The position numbers were made by a program, and so were the translations under genes. From NCBI GenBank assembly GCA_963827275.1, contig CAWHAA010000005.1, forward strand, positions 736,001 through 800,000: 64,000 nucleotides of DNA, written 5' to 3'. This document shows, in pieces, positions 62,729 to 64,000 of the stretch. Position 1 is the stretch's first letter, and each line of letters begins with the position of its first letter. The DNA is from an uncultured Spirochaetota bacterium. GTDB taxonomy: Bacteria > Spirochaetota > UBA4802 > UBA5550. The notes under the pieces were generated by a model that was not told the origin of the DNA, searched no databases, and saw nothing but the letters and a program-made list of their open reading frames with translations.

Positions 62729-63664
62729 TCAATACCCCATCGTTTTCAGCTCGCTGACAACATCAACATAGAAGCCGGGAGCGTCAAAACCGGGAGTGAT
62801 GCCGAACAGCTGGTTGACCTCTTCGAGATGGTCAACCCCGTTGGACCACCACGCGCCGGTGAGTTCGCCGCGCCATTTCCCGAGCCTGGCGCTTGCAATG
62901 GAAACCAGGCCGTCGTTATCGCCCGCGCCCATGAGGTTCATAATCACCCAGAGAGGCGACATCAGGTCAAGGCCTGCATATTTGATCTTGCCACCCCATG
63001 ACTGGTAATACACGCCTGCCACGTTCGGCGTCAACGGATTGAACACATTCTTCACATAGCTTGTCGTGAGATTATAGAGGGTTTGCATGCTGTTCTGGTC
63101 ATCTTCATTATAATAGAATACTTCGGCGAATAGATTGACCGCTGACGAAATGACATCCGCAAGGGCGGGGCCGAGTACCGGGATGCCGTTATGGAGGCTC
63201 CAGAGGAGGTCGGCAATTTCCGATCCCTGGTTGACGCCGCTGATGCTCGTCAGGGATGCGATATAGTTCCTTGCCGCTCCCTTGCCCGGGATGCTGCAAT
63301 TGGCGGTAAGATACCGGCAGTCAAGGGGCCCCTGGGAATGGGCAATCAGGTTGACCTTCCCCCATCCAGGATTCAGCGCAAAGAGCTGGCCCAGTTCCAC
63401 CGCAATCTGCTGGGCGCGGTCGGCGATGCTGCCGAAGGTGTCCTGGTTGGTGATATACACCTCTGCTCCTTCATCTTCAAGCGCGTCCGGTATGCGCCAC
63501 CAGTAATTAACTCCCAGAATGTTTTCATCCTTAAAACCCGCGCCGTGAACAAGAATTATAGGATATTTTGTGGCGCATTTTGCCGAGCTCCCGCCCGCAT
63601 AGAGCGGCATCAAACTCAGCAAGAAAGCGGATAAAACCGTAGAAATAATGATTACTCTTCTCAT
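62729..63664 (-). CDS. Secreted triacylglycerol lipase (family I-like alpha/beta hydrolase)
   Basis: Signal peptide; TKYPIILVHG, AHSQG nucleophile, NDGLV, DHL. Confidence 0.92.
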   Translation of the reverse strand: MRRVIIISTVLSAFLLSLMPLYAGGSSAKCATKYPIILVHGAGFKDENILGVNYWWRIPDALEDEGAEVYITNQDTFGSIADRAQQIAVELGQLFALNPGWGKVNLIAHSQGPLDCRYLTANCSIPGKGAARNYIASLTSISGVNQGSEIADLLWSLHNGIPVLGPALADVISSAVNLFAEVFYYNEDDQNSMQTLYNLTTSYVKNVFNPLTPNVAGVYYQSWGGKIKYAGLDLMSPLWVIMNLMGAGDNDGLVSIASARLGKWRGELTGAWWSNGVDHLEEVNQLFGITPGFDAPGFYVDVVSELKTMGY

Positions 63665-63913
63665 TGAATCCTCCCTATTTAAAAATTAAATAAGTAAAGA
63701 TATAGTGAACATTATTGCCGGATTGTTTATTTGACTAAAAACCATCCAGCCGGTCTGTGATGAATATACCAACTGTCAATATGATTGTCTTGCCAAAGTA
63801 AGACCGCTGCTTGAAATGACACTGAAATTAATTAGTCCGAAGAAATGATTGTAAGCCGCGTGCGCAGGGTAATATTAATCCGGGCATGGCGCTGTCCCGT
63901 CATCGGGGCCTCG

Positions 63914-64000
63914 CTACTGCTTTCGGCTATGCTGACGGTATTTTTCCGGGGTCATGCCCATGATTTTCGGAAAGACCCGGTTAAAGGTCCGGAGACTGTC
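63914..64000 (-). CDS. C-terminal end of an AraC-family regulator (partial)
   Basis: DSLRTFNRVFPKIMGMTPEKYR matches the second AraC HTH. Confidence 0.75.
   Translation of the reverse strand, partial: DSLRTFNRVFPKIMGMTPEKYRQHSRKQ

Overview
Bacterial chromosomal window, mostly GC-rich with AT-rich intergenic patches. Gene style tentatively suggests a free-living Spirochaetota/Leptospirae-like organism. Many genes, including holA and nrdJ, carry 1-2 nt indels, most likely long-read assembly errors. Layout: (1) 1-11.7 kb, an unusual uptake/redox island: ECF S component, two divergent paralogous TonB-dependent receptors, a three-repeat surface lipoprotein, sulfite-oxidase-fold-like proteins lacking the Mo-ligating Cys, a divergent CcsA/ResB pair, a Mop (TOBE) protein and an HTH_17-PBP (TaoR-like) regulator with a candidate 10-bp-phased operator. 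This is the best candidate for an undescribed system, probably Mo/W(-cofactor) linked. (2) 11.6-27.4 kb, a chemosensory cluster: CheA with a tandem MshEN motif, two CheD, a double pseudo-chemoreceptor, and an 8-PAS kinase/NarL pair. (3) nrdJ, then housekeeping and envelope genes: ECF sigma/Spy module, plsC, tldD/pmbA, PlpD-like patatin, holA, lptE. (4) A ~1600-aa GH13-GT5 (amylase-family plus glycogen synthase) fusion. (5) A variable region with paralogous beta-barrel proteins converging on a 10-copy 44-bp palindromic tandem array, IS-like remnants and a lipase. No rRNA, tRNA or CRISPR array was seen. All calls come from motif recognition by eye; no database searches were run.
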